A DNA stretch of 64,000 nt, from positions 130,378-194,377 of the forward strand of contig MNCI01002616.1 of NCBI GenBank assembly GCA_015680685.1, read 5' to 3'. The position numbers and the translations under genes were made by a program. Shown here piece by piece: positions 35,496-47,210 of this stretch (position 1 is the first letter of the stretch; every line of letters begins with the position of its first letter). The DNA is from Gnetum montanum (lineage: Eukaryota; Plantae; Gnetophyta). The notes beneath the pieces are model-generated. The model was not told the DNA's origin and searched no databases. It saw nothing but the letters and a program-made list of their open reading frames with translations.

Positions 35496-37290
35496 TGAAA
35501 CACCAAAAAGTTTCAGGCCATCCTTGCTTCATCAAGTCCTTGGAACCCAGGTGGCATCACATCACTTCAGAAAGAAGTGAACGCTTCGAGCTCAGACTAT
35601 CTAGTTCAGACAATTTTCTACTTTAGGTGTCGGTAGGCTCAACAGACCCTCTTGCCTGCCTGAGTAGTTCATCCAGTTGATAACCTATTCAGAAGTGATG
35701 CAGAGAGTTGTTGATGATACTCAGGATGAATGAAACAGTTTGGAAAATTTTTTAAATCAAGAAGTTTGCTACACTATGCTATGCTATGTAGCATAGCAGG
35801 CTTTAGAAGATGGTTGCAAAACAAAGTTTCTAAGTCAAAAGGTTTGCCATGCTACGCTATGCCATGTAGCATAGCAAGCTTCAAAAGGGCGACCACAGAA
35901 TAGAGTGCTACGCTACGACATGCATCATAGCACAGAGTAGCAAAAGCCCACCATGTAGCTCCTTCACCTGACTCCAAGTCCTTTGGCGATGACTCCTTCC
36001 ACAAGGAAGCAGCAAACATAGCAAAAAAATAGTAGGCCATGTCGGTTGCTATGCTACAATACGCTATGTACTGTAGCATAGCATAGCAACTCTACAAGGA
36101 GAATGAAAGGCATTTGCAAAGGTAGGATCAACAAGTTTGCAAGTTTCGTAGTGCAAAAGGAAAATTTTGCACATTGTCAGCATTTTAGCAAAAATGCCAA
36201 AAGAAATCAGGAATGCTTCATAGGCTTCCGAACATGTGCAGCATGATGCAATGCAAGTTGTTGTTTCAAACTAGTGGCTACACTATGCTACACTGCATAG
36301 CGTAGCATGACGTAACAAGTCATCATGCTATGCCTACACACTATGCAACAAAGCACAGTTCAGTGTAGCAGATAGTTATGCCACATCAATGCACCTCACC
36401 TAATTGCACCATTGGCATGCATCTCCAAGCTCTGACGATGAAATTACAGCATGGTAGGCTCATAATTACATCATGGTAGGCTCATCCAATAGACACGCAT
36501 GACCAACAGTCATGCACGTCCATGTAGTATAGACAATTCAACACAGGCCCAAGACACGTGGCATCCAAGCCAAATCTATCGCATGCCCTTGGCCCTATAA
36601 ATTCCATAAAGAGCGATGCTCAAAGGGTCCAGTTTGGAATCAAAACAAAAAAACAAAAAAGGAGGGACTTTTGGTAAGTCAGTTAGCTGGTTAGTCAATT
36701 GGCTGGCTGGCAAGCAAAAAGTTAGCATTGTACTCTTGCACCTTGTAAACACCTTGTTTAGCATTGTAAACTCTTTGTTTGGCACTGTAAGTAATTGGCA
36801 CTCTCCCTTGGCATTTTGTTCCACTCTTTCTGGCTACGCTCACAGCACTCAGCATTGTTGACTCCCAAGTCCACGTTTAAGGGTACAATTGTCTTACTCT
36901 GGACGTCTTGGTTACCTTTGGGATCTCTATGCTTCCCAATGTCATGCAACAAATTGTATCCACCTCAACACGGTGAACTCATGTTCCTGAAGTGGTGCAT
37001 TTTTCTAATTGCAAATTACTTTTTTTTCTTGTTTTTCATTGCATTTTACATTATTTTTTGTTCCTTTTGCATAAAATTATCATTTTATGTTAAAAGTATC
37101 ATTTTCAAATTATCCGTTTATGAAAGGCTATATTAATGTTGACTAAGTCCATATCTAATCTACTAGACCTTTTAGGATGCCCCATCTCCTTTTTATCCAG
37201 CACGACCCTCTCGCGAATTTGGGGTTAAGACTATCCAGTGACTGATGACTTGTCAATGTTTTCCAGCCGCCGACATTTTTAGTCGCTAGA
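35496..37290 (+). repeat. 5' LTR of element C
   Basis: TGAAACACC start, colinear with 52501-54327, TATA at ~36595. Confidence 0.93.
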
Positions 37291-37296
37291 GTTTTA

Positions 37297-37313
37297 TAGC
37301 CCTAGAAGGAGGG
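37297..37313 (+). promoter_or_regulatory. Degenerate PBS of element C
   Basis: TAGCCCTAGAAGGAGGG follows the LTR end and GTTTTA. Confidence 0.7.
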
Positions 37314-37682
37314 CCTTTTAATACCCTTTACAGTAGTCCTGCAAGAATTTCTACACCCTGATACATGTAGACTTGACACTTGCTTATGGTTGTTTATGTA
37401 TCGTGTAGTTTAGGACGGTCACTTCGATGCTTCCTCGGGAATCCTACAAGACATAAAACCTTCGATTGCCATTGCACTTGCTTGTTTTACGATAGACTTG
37501 CATGTGTTCTGTACCCTATCATGCACTAGCATAAACGTGACACCCTCTTGCAGTTATTTACGCATTGTGTGGTATAGATCGGTCACTTTGACGATTCCTC
37601 CAAAATCTGGCAAGACATAAAGCCTTTCGATTACTTCCTATTTTCTCATTTTTCTTGTTTGCAAAATTTTGTTAGTGTCGTA

Positions 37683-40600
37683 ATGATGGCTTCCTCAAGC
37701 ACCATTGCTAACACCTCTAACGTTGAGGTTCTCATCATGGTTTAGGGCATCACTGGTGCTGAACAACCACTCAACCCAACATTGGGGCCACATCGATCCC
37801 TTAGGATCCAAAGCCTAGGTCCTGAGGGCTTGGCCCAACAATATGAATGCTATAACTTCCTCTATGGAAAGGTGTAGGAAAACATGCCCTTATACTTACA
37901 CGAACTTGAAGAAAAACATATTTTTAAGTTCACTTATTGTGATGGAAAGGACTTTGTTCCCACTGCCGGTGCCTCCATTCCTTTGACAGAGACAAACCAA
38001 TGGCTTCTAGATCAACTGATCTAGTTATCTAGACTTAGGGAGAAATAAGACATAGAGTCTAACCATGAAGAGGCATTCCAAGATGGATAGGAGGAACTCG
38101 ATTCCCATTCTGATGGGGGAGGTCAAACCAACCCCATTATAGTCCCTCCTACCCAATCCTTTTGGACAAACCTATTGTCTGTCGCTACTCCCTTTGTAAT
38201 CACACCTTCACAGCCTGTGAACATATCTACAATGGGTAGCCATGTCAACCCCTCAGTGTATCAACATCCTCTTTCACCTATTTTACCCATTTCATTTGCA
38301 ACCACTATTCCTTTGCAAACTGTTCATCAATCCATCCTCGTAGCGCATCACACACCAATCACGGCTACCCTACCACACGTGCACACCATACCGACTTCAT
38401 AGTCACATTTAGCTTCTGCTTCCATTCTCGCATTTACACCTATTCCACCACCAGTGGTGGGCCTAGGACCATCAATGTGATGGACCCCATTCATTGCTCC
38501 CCCTGCTACGCTACCATCGCAGATGTCTCACCACATTTGCCAACAAACCTACCAAGTTTCGCAAATGGTACAACCTAGCATTGGGCTATGCTCTGTCCCA
38601 CTGGCAACCCAAGTAGTATATCCCACAGCACAACCTACAGCTACTACCCCAATAACATCACCTATTGGGTGGTGGACAACACAAGCAACATAGTTCATAG
38701 GGGTTTCCCTAATAGTACCGTAGATGGGTCACGCTACCACCCTTGCTACCCCATAGATGGGAGCTACTTCGGTAGTTCCCCAACCATCCACATTGTCACA
38801 GGGTCTAGACCAAGCATTTCAGCTTATCCAGACGCTTACTCGGGAAATAAAATGCCTCAAGGTTGTTGGGTCTGACATGGTACAAGTCATGGACTTTTAC
38901 CAGGATGACCCTATCAACCCTACTATCCCCACACTGATGTTGCCCCTAGGGATGTCCCTCCCACACTTCATGAAATACAATAGGGAAGGAGATCCCAACA
39001 CACATCTTGTTACCTTTAGGTCTGAGTCTCTCCTATTACAACAATGGCCACACATGATTATCTGTGTCTTTGCTATTGCCCTATTTGGGAGAGCCTTGGA
39101 TTGGTACCGCATGCTGCCACGCTCATCTAGTTCAACCCTGGAGCTTCTGACCTAGTTCGTGATGCGCTTCAAATATAACTTGAAGCCAGAAATCATGTTG
39201 GATTAGTTAATGAGCATGAAGTAGGATCCCCTGGAGCTAGTCCAAAAGTTCATCCCACGTTGGAGTACAACCCTTAATGAAATCCGCGAGCCCATCGTGG
39301 AGGCCCACTTGCTGGCCATCTTTAAGGGTGTAGTAAATGACTTTATTAAGTCTAAACTATATTACCTCACTCCTTGCACTCTTAGTTAGGCCTTCGCTCA
39401 GACTAAGAGCATATAGGATATGGTCAAGGCAAGCAAAGACCCGACCTATGTTGTGTACAAAAAAACTTTCACAAAGAAGGATAAGGGTAAGGCCCCAAGA
39501 ACCAAAATGGCCACTGTGGTGACCAAAGCCAAGCCCAAGCCTCATAACAATGGTAACAAGAATAACAAGAAACTGGTCGCACCCATAGCTAATCCTGTTC
39601 CTAGGTAGGGCCATGCATCGCAACCTGCCATACCTACGCCAGAGGAATCTACACAATCCAAATCGAACTTCAAGCGTAAAGACCGTTCAAAGTATACCCT
39701 ACTTTCTCTTAGGCCTTTAGAGCTTCTGAAGTAGCTACTAATAGCAGGGTACATCCAACACAAGTAGATGTTAGAAGAGGGAATCAGGTGACATCAGTCC
39801 TACTTCAAGCTCCTTAGGAACCCCGCTTTAGCCTTGTCCAATGAGCCCCTAGTTCCTAAGGGTTTCAAGCTAGATAGGTTTTGTAACTATCACCAATAGT
39901 GTGGTCACAATACAAATTACTATTTGGCATTGCAAGATGACATCCAAAGGTTGATTGATCAGGGGAAATTGGTGTTGGACGAAAGTAACCCATTATGTCC
40001 TAAAAATCAATCCCTGCATTTCTACACAAACCTCCTCAATGCCAACAATGCTAGTTATGTTATCAACACCATTGGAATTGATAGTGATCCTAGGTTGCCT
40101 TAGCAACCATTTATGGTCCACATGCGACTAGTCAAGGCCTGTAGCAACTGTTTATCCTTAAATTCTATTCCTAGGAATCTTCCCCCATTCCACCTATTGG
40201 CAAAACCATGCCACCCCGCCCGTTGATGTCATTAGCTCCATTTTTCATCAATAGGTTGACTTCTTGAACTATTCCCACCCCATGTAAGGCAGTTGTACAA
40301 CCTTCTCATCCTGAAAAATGAGAAGTGTGTTTCAGAGATGAGACATAAAGGGGAAGTACTGCCCCGGGTACTCCCGAGACTACGTCTATGTCATCGTCAC
40401 CAAAGAGGGACGTCACCATAACCATGAAATCCGTGCCACATTGCCAAAAAGGGTATGAACCTAGATCCGATACCATCCCTCCTGAGGAAATTCATCTCCT
40501 AGGATGAATAGAAGAGAAGAAAAGTGGTAAATAGGGGGTGGCCAGGACCTCTTGGATGCCCTCACTCAAGTCAAACAAGCTCTAAAATAGAAAAACACTA

Positions 40601-41463
40601 CACTAAGCTTGTACGATCTAATCATGACATCTGTCCCACACTATGAGGCTCTGGTCCATATGTTGATAGTGATTCCAATCGACAAGGACATGCCAGCGAA
40701 AGAGGAAGTGATCCACTCGATCATGCTTCCCTCCACTCCCGTAGAACTAGAACCGTCTCAACTGACTTTCCATGATGATTCCATTAGGAAAGACCCTAAA
40801 AAGGGTCAGGTGACTACAGCACCTCTATTCATCACAATCCGGGTTGGTCAGTATAGGATCTAGAGGGTACATGTCGACGATGGGGCCGCTACCAACGTCA
40901 TCCCCTTCCCTATCATGGATAAGTTGGGCTTGGTTAACCAAATCAAACCCACAACGACGTCATGCCTAAGGTCGTTCAATGGGGCACAAGTCATAGTAGA
41001 AGGTACAGTCCACATAGACTTTGTGGTAGGGGAGCAGTTCCCCACGAATGCAACGTTCATCGTGGTCGAGGAGATGCCTGGGTTTAACTTGATCTTGGGG
41101 AGATCATGGTTAGCACAACTTAGGGCTATCTCTTCTCCCATACATCAGGAGATCCACCTACCATACGTAGGTAAGGAGGTGGTGATCCATGGTGATGAGG
41201 TAGCAACACAAGCAATCCACAACATAGACATGGAATAGGGCTCAGAGGTTGTAACCTCTAAGAATGAAGTGCCTGTCACAACACATATTGATCATCCGAC
41301 AGAGGAATCGGCTCAGCAATCCGGTTTCCAACCTAAAAATGCATGGGTTGCGTTGCCCTTCCAAGTGGAGGACAATGATGTGGCCGAAGGCCCTAGTAAA
41401 GCGCCTCGGCCTTATGCCTTGTTCAACCCACAATGGGTCAAGAAGCAGCTACACATAGTGTAG
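37683..41463 (+). pseudogene. gag: gag-protease of element C
   Basis: MDFYQDDP, KYNREGDPN.HL, GRALDWY, RVHVDDGAATN and FNLILGRSWL. Multiple stops. Confidence 0.92.
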
Positions 41464-41554
41464 CAGCCCCACTACTTCCCGCCCAAGTGCCATCATTGTA
41501 CATTTGCAGCTTTCATTTTTTCATGTCAACAGCGTATCATTCCTATGCTATGCT

Positions 41555-41838
41555 AATGGCTTGAAATGGCCTAAAACTAGTGTAATGGCCCGAAATGGCC
41601 TAAAACTAGTGCAACAGCCCAAAATGGCCTAAAACTAGTGCAATGGCCTGAAACAGCCTAAAACTAGTGCAACGGCCCGAAATGGACTAAAACTAGTGCG
41701 AAGGCTCGAAATGGCCTAAAACTAGTGCGAAGGCCCAAAATGGCCTAAAACTAGTGCAAAGGCCTGAAATGTCCTAAAACTAGTGCGAAGGCCCAAAATG
41801 GCCTCAAACTAGTACAATGGCCCGAAATGGCCTAAAAA
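41555..41838 (+). repeat. Tandem array of ~10 x 29 bp (ATGGCCCGAAATGGCCTAAAACTAGTGCA)
   Basis: Period 29 read directly (TAAAACTAGT at 41601 and 41630). Confidence 0.95.
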
Positions 41839-41994
41839 TATAACAAAAGAACGAATTTAACAAAAAACACAACACATAGGCAATATACAAGTTAGCGTAA
41901 AACCAATTTCTTTTGCAAAATTCTCTATCTTTCATTCAAAATTTTGTCTGTTAGACAATGTCTATAAAAATGTCTACAAAAAATTCAAAATTTT

Positions 41995-44900
41995 CAAAAA
42001 TATTCCCATGCTGTCATGGGTTGTCATTGCCCGTATTGTCTTCACTATCCCCCTTCCACATTACCTTCCCTTGCATTGTTCTCTGCTGACTCTTCATCCC
42101 TTCCCTCTACAGGCCCTGTGCCCTCATCTGGAACCTGCATCGTAGAAACGAAGTAGCCGACTAAGGCAACACATGCAAGTTACAATAGAGCAACACACAC
42201 AAGTTACAATAGAGCGTAAGCATAACAAAGTAGGAAGAAACTAACCTGAGAAGGACCTACGTCTGTCTCAAAGGGTATCTAGTTTAAACCAAGCTCGAGG
42301 TGATGCTAGACTTCCTCTTCAGTGATGTCCACCCAACGTTTGATACTAGGTTCAGCGTTTGTAATAGCCTTTTCCTTTTTCACGGTCATCCATCTCGGTA
42401 GTCCTGGAGAAAAAGAGGTGGTTGCGGTCTCTCCTGTGAAAAGGTTCATTTCCCATTCAGGAGATTCTGTAACTTTAACTTGCCCTTTGAACTTTTCATA
42501 GGCCTCAAAAATGCCAATGGCATTTATAAATGCTTTAAGGGTAAACACCTCCACCCTAACATCTCTGTATAGTTTACGATAGGTGGCACATTCTAGTTTA
42601 TACATATTTTTATGGTTCTTCTGGGACTACCCCCATTTGTAAAATTTTGTGTCGTAATCCTTCCAATCCTGACACTTCTGGGCCAACAAGTCCATTTGCA
42701 TCCGTTGCTCTATTATCTCGTCAGTGGCTTCATTTTTCTGATGCATGACTATCCAAAATCTAGTATGATCTACTACATTCATATGCCATTCCTCGTTATT
42801 GGTATCATGGGCTATGAGGAATTCATTCCTTGATTTGAGGTCCTCTACCTTGACGTGCAGGTCAGCCTTCTCTTGCTTAGCTTTTTGGACCTATTTCCAC
42901 AGGTCCTCGTTAACGTGCTTGTACTTCCATAGGGAGTGAGCTGAGTGCAAAGCACATTTGCTCACCTTGTCGTACATGCGATGAGGCAGGAATGTAGGCA
43001 TGGCACTGACTTTCAAAGGTCGTGCTGGGTCCCATTTGAGTCAAGAGGCTACCATAACATAAAGAGCATATCAGTCACATTAGCGTAGCAAGGTTAAAGA
43101 ATTTGAGAATTCTAGCATAGCAACACGAGAGCACCTAACACTACGAATTACCCACTTTAGGGTCGATCTGCCTAAGGTGGTTGATCATGTTGTCGACGAT
43201 CCCTTGCATAAATGTAAACTTATCAAGGGTCTCAGCACATGGTTCCACATGAATTGGAGGGGGTCCTAAAACATTAACAGTGACATCTATTATGCAACAA
43301 AATGAATCAGTAGTAGTAGCTAAAATGGGCTATGACAAGACAAACACATTATTAAACTTACCAGCATCCAATTGTAGTTCCCTTTCCTGCTGATGCAAAA
43401 TGATGATGGTAGCCTTGGCAAAACTCTCTTCCAGGTCTATACAGGCCTCTTCTTCATGCATTGGTACCTTTCCTTTTGAGAGACCAGTGTCTTTATTATT
43501 TAAGGGAGACTCCTCTTCATCTCCAAAAATTTCCTCCTCGCTAGTAGGAGGATTCTGCCTAATGACAAGAGCCCCTACCTCAGTGATAGGAGCTCCTGTC
43601 TTCTTAATCGGGGCCTTTCTCTCTGAGATTGGGGCCTCTAAATATTTATTTGTCATCCCTATTTTGGGGGTCGACACCTCTTCTTCACCTTCTTCTTCTT
43701 CCTTTTCTTCCTCTTCCATCCAAAAAACACATTTGCATTAGCTCAAAATAGGTTAGCTTAAAGTACGTGCTATGCTATGCTATGTTGTCTAGCATAGCAC
43801 AACGTAGGAAGCATTGACAAAGTAGGTGAAGAACATGGAAAAAAGCATTTACCAATGGGGGGTTACTTCCTTTATTGTTTAAACCATAGTTTCCACCCCT
43901 CCTCTTCTTCCACACAGAGGGCTTCTTCAGTTGAAACAGGCCTCTTTCACTGCAACTTGCTGGCCATAGTCTCGGCTATGAGACGTTTCCCTTGTAACGT
44001 GTTACTGGCCACAGTAGGGGGCGTCTCTCCTATGCTATCTCGGCCACAAAAGTTGCGGGCCACTTGATTCTTAGTCGTCACAGGAAATGACTTCCTGATT
44101 GCTTCTGGGGGATCTTGGTCTTGGGTGGTTTAGTGGATTTGGCAGATCCATGGTCTGGAGATCTGGTTGCGATTTCACATGATCCAGGATCCATTCTTGT
44201 GAACTACCAGAAACTCCATGAAAGACCGCAAGTAGGCTATGTAAAAGGCATAATGTATATTGGAATGGGACTCCTACTTCTTATGAAGCCTCAAGATTTC
44301 ATTATTTAAGCCTTTACACAGAAACTTGGCCTAGTTGTAGTAAGCCCCCTCTTCCATGACCTCACGCATCACCTAGGCCTACTCAATCTCAAGGACCTTC
44401 CCTTGGGAAAGTAGCAGGGGGAATGTGCAAGCATGAAAGATAGGGTAAACCTCCCTAGTGGATCCTACTTTAAGCTTCTCCATGGGTAGCTCCTTCTACT
44501 ACTTGGAAAACCCTAACCACTCCTGGATGTCCTTCTTCTAAAGGCTCAGCTCCTTCTTGCTCTTCAATCCTATGAGAATCCCATCAGTAGGAACGCTGAA
44601 AAGATCTGCGAACTACTGGTCATTGATTTCAATGACCACCCGTACGTTGTGTATGCATGCACAGAAGTGGTCTTCCTTACTAGAAAAGGAGCTGACCAGG
44701 GAGAGCATCTCGGTGGCAGGGACGCTCAGGTTCAAGGCTAGGAATAGATCCATGAGCCCAGCATTTTGGATGTTCTGAACCAAGGAGTCCGAGGCTGCAC
44801 TGAATATCCAGTGCTGGCTCGTATCCACTTCTTCATACTTGAAGTAGATGCTTTCCTCCTAGTTCTCAATGGTTATCACCGTCATCTCATAGGGCTTTTT

Positions 44901-46394
44901 CACCCCTATAGTAGTTTGCACAGGAGCATTTAGTGGAAAAAAAAACACAGAGAACCCAAAGATTGCAAAGATACTTAAGCATCTAGCACTTATCTTTTAG
45001 CTTACCAAGTTTGTACAGTAATAGGAATGGTGGAAGGCTAACCAAGACTAGCTCAACAGTGATTGGTTTGAAGGGTAACCATACCTCATCCAGTAAGCTA
45101 GACTCCTTGCACCTACCATAGGGAATGGGGTATAGGTCTAGGTAGGTGTGGTACTCACCCCCGCATTGACCAATCATACCTACACGTAGATTCTTAGTAG
45201 AAGAGAACTCTTGTAGGGCTAGTCATGCTATGGCCAACACACCCACATTGTCGTGAAGCCCTTCCTTGTTAATGTAAAACCTTATAGTAAAAACATACTA
45301 TTAGCATTCGGCTAGGATAGCAAGCATCACACGATATGGTAGAAAAAGGCTACAAGGCTCACCCACCAACATAGTAGATGGTCCCTGGTGGGTTTTGGAA
45401 GCACGTTGCTATATGATGTGCAACAAATAATGTGTTGTAAGAATGGTAGAAGCTGTACTCAGGCATATCCCAGATCCAAGATAAACACCTCAAATCTTTG
45501 AGGCATTGACTAGATCCCTCTCCCTACCTGCTACTGATTTCCTCGTCCGTCAAAAACATCAAGATACCCTGAACTACCCCAGGCAATAGGGTTTCTATTA
45601 TGATGGACACCTCTTCCTCCTCTAGGTATGACCAAATGATCACACTAAAGTGTTGGAAGAGAAATTGTAAGAACTCCTATGCTCCTTGCCTGAACCAGAC
45701 CCCCCACTCTCCCACATGAGTATGGGGGGAAGGAACATTGGCCACTGGTTTGCTCATGAAACATAGGACCCCTACGATTTCTAGGACAATCAGAGTTGGC
45801 CTCAACACTATCCTACATAACAAAACCAACAAATGTTAGCATTATGCCTGAGTGCAATACACACATAGCGTATCAAGAATGCGAAGAGCAATAGCGTAGC
45901 AACAGAGTGATTAGCCCTAGCTTAATGACACTACACCCTGATGAAGCACATGTCACATTGTCATGTCATGCATGGACAAACCCTCCTAAAGGTCCTACAC
46001 TATGCCATTTGAAAGCCAAGCAACCTAAACTGACCAAACCCCTGCAGTAATGACAACCGTGGTGATGGTGGCTTAGGCAACCTTGCATGCAACAATAGCG
46101 TAGCGTTTGTACATCCGCCGTAGCCGAAACGGCAATAGCGATGGTATAAAGGCCAAGACAAAGATAACACAATGACAGGAAGCACATAAAGATAAAACTA
46201 AATTGCAAAAAGAATGAAAGTAGGAAAAAATGATAAACAGAAGCACAAGGAAACAAATGGGACACAGTAGCCTACTGAGTCAACGACGTGTCCTCCCCCA
46301 CTGCAACGTGTGATTGAGTCATGCACCCTAGGGTTTCCTTGACTTCATCGACCTTAGCAAGTACCAAATTCATGTGTTCCTTCTTAGGAGCCAT
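41995..46394 (-). pseudogene. Antisense spliced cargo gene of element C
   Basis: ATG at 46394 (MAPKKEH..LAKVDEVKETL). HAD-like exon 45363-45812. AGLMDLFLAL...FADLFSVPTDG exon, DKFTFMQGIVDNMI exon and YRKLYRDV..F..IG.FEA exon are all homologous to A. End coordinate is approximate. Confidence 0.78.
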
Positions 46395-46739
46395 CGTCTT
46401 GCTTGCTGATTCCTCCTCAATTGTTGTCTCAAAATTACCTTGCTCTCTGTTGATATAGTTGCTTTGCGCTTCGAAACCGCTCTGTGCTCCGAATGTGGGC
46501 TTTGCACTGTTACAGTGAGAATGACAAACTTACCAAGGTTTAATCCCTATTTATGGCCATAATGGTAAAAATGGGAAGCTTTCCATTCTCTCTCTCCATT
46601 TAATGTGGAGTGCACCATGCAGCGTAGCATGCTCTCCACGACATCATAGCACTATTGGCATTAAAACTTTGACATGCTTCGAGTCAATTGTTTACTTTCT
46701 CAAGAAACAAAAATATATATATTTACAAATTTGGCATTC

Positions 46740-46915
46740 TAGAAAGACCTTAAACTAGCAAGCATAGCATAGTTGCAATTTTAGTTAGCGGTCTAGAAAT
46801 GCCTTAAACTAGCAATTCTAGCGTAGCAGTTCGTAAGCAGTCTGAGAAGACCTTAAACTAGCAATCCTAGTGTAGCAGTTCGTACACGGTCCAAAAAGAC
46901 TTTACACTAGTAGTT
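46740..46915 (+). repeat. Pre-pol array of C (AAGACCTTAAACTAGCAA units)
   Basis: About 4 spaced units read directly. Confidence 0.8.
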
Positions 46916-47210
46916 TTAATCCAGTACATGCACGTAGTTCTTAGTGACATTAAGCTAGAATTTTCAGGCTTTCACATTGGTAGCTTTACATTTAGTAGTT
47001 TCACATTCTCACATTGACATGTTTGCATTTCCTCATTTAGCAATTTTGCAACTCCATGCCTTAGCTCTCTATCATGAATTTAAACTAGAAAATTTTAATC
47101 TTCATATCATACTCCGCTAGTTACATCTCATCGTTGCATTGCAAATTTTCATTATACACGATTACTACCGATAGGTGCCTCTTAACTAGACTCTCATTTC
47201 ATCTTGGTAG

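Noticed and set aside
41555-41838. 29-30 bp repeat arrays as CRISPR arrays
   Set aside because: Units are head-to-tail or irregularly spaced with related flanks and no unique spacers. There are no cas genes, and the context is a eukaryotic retroelement.
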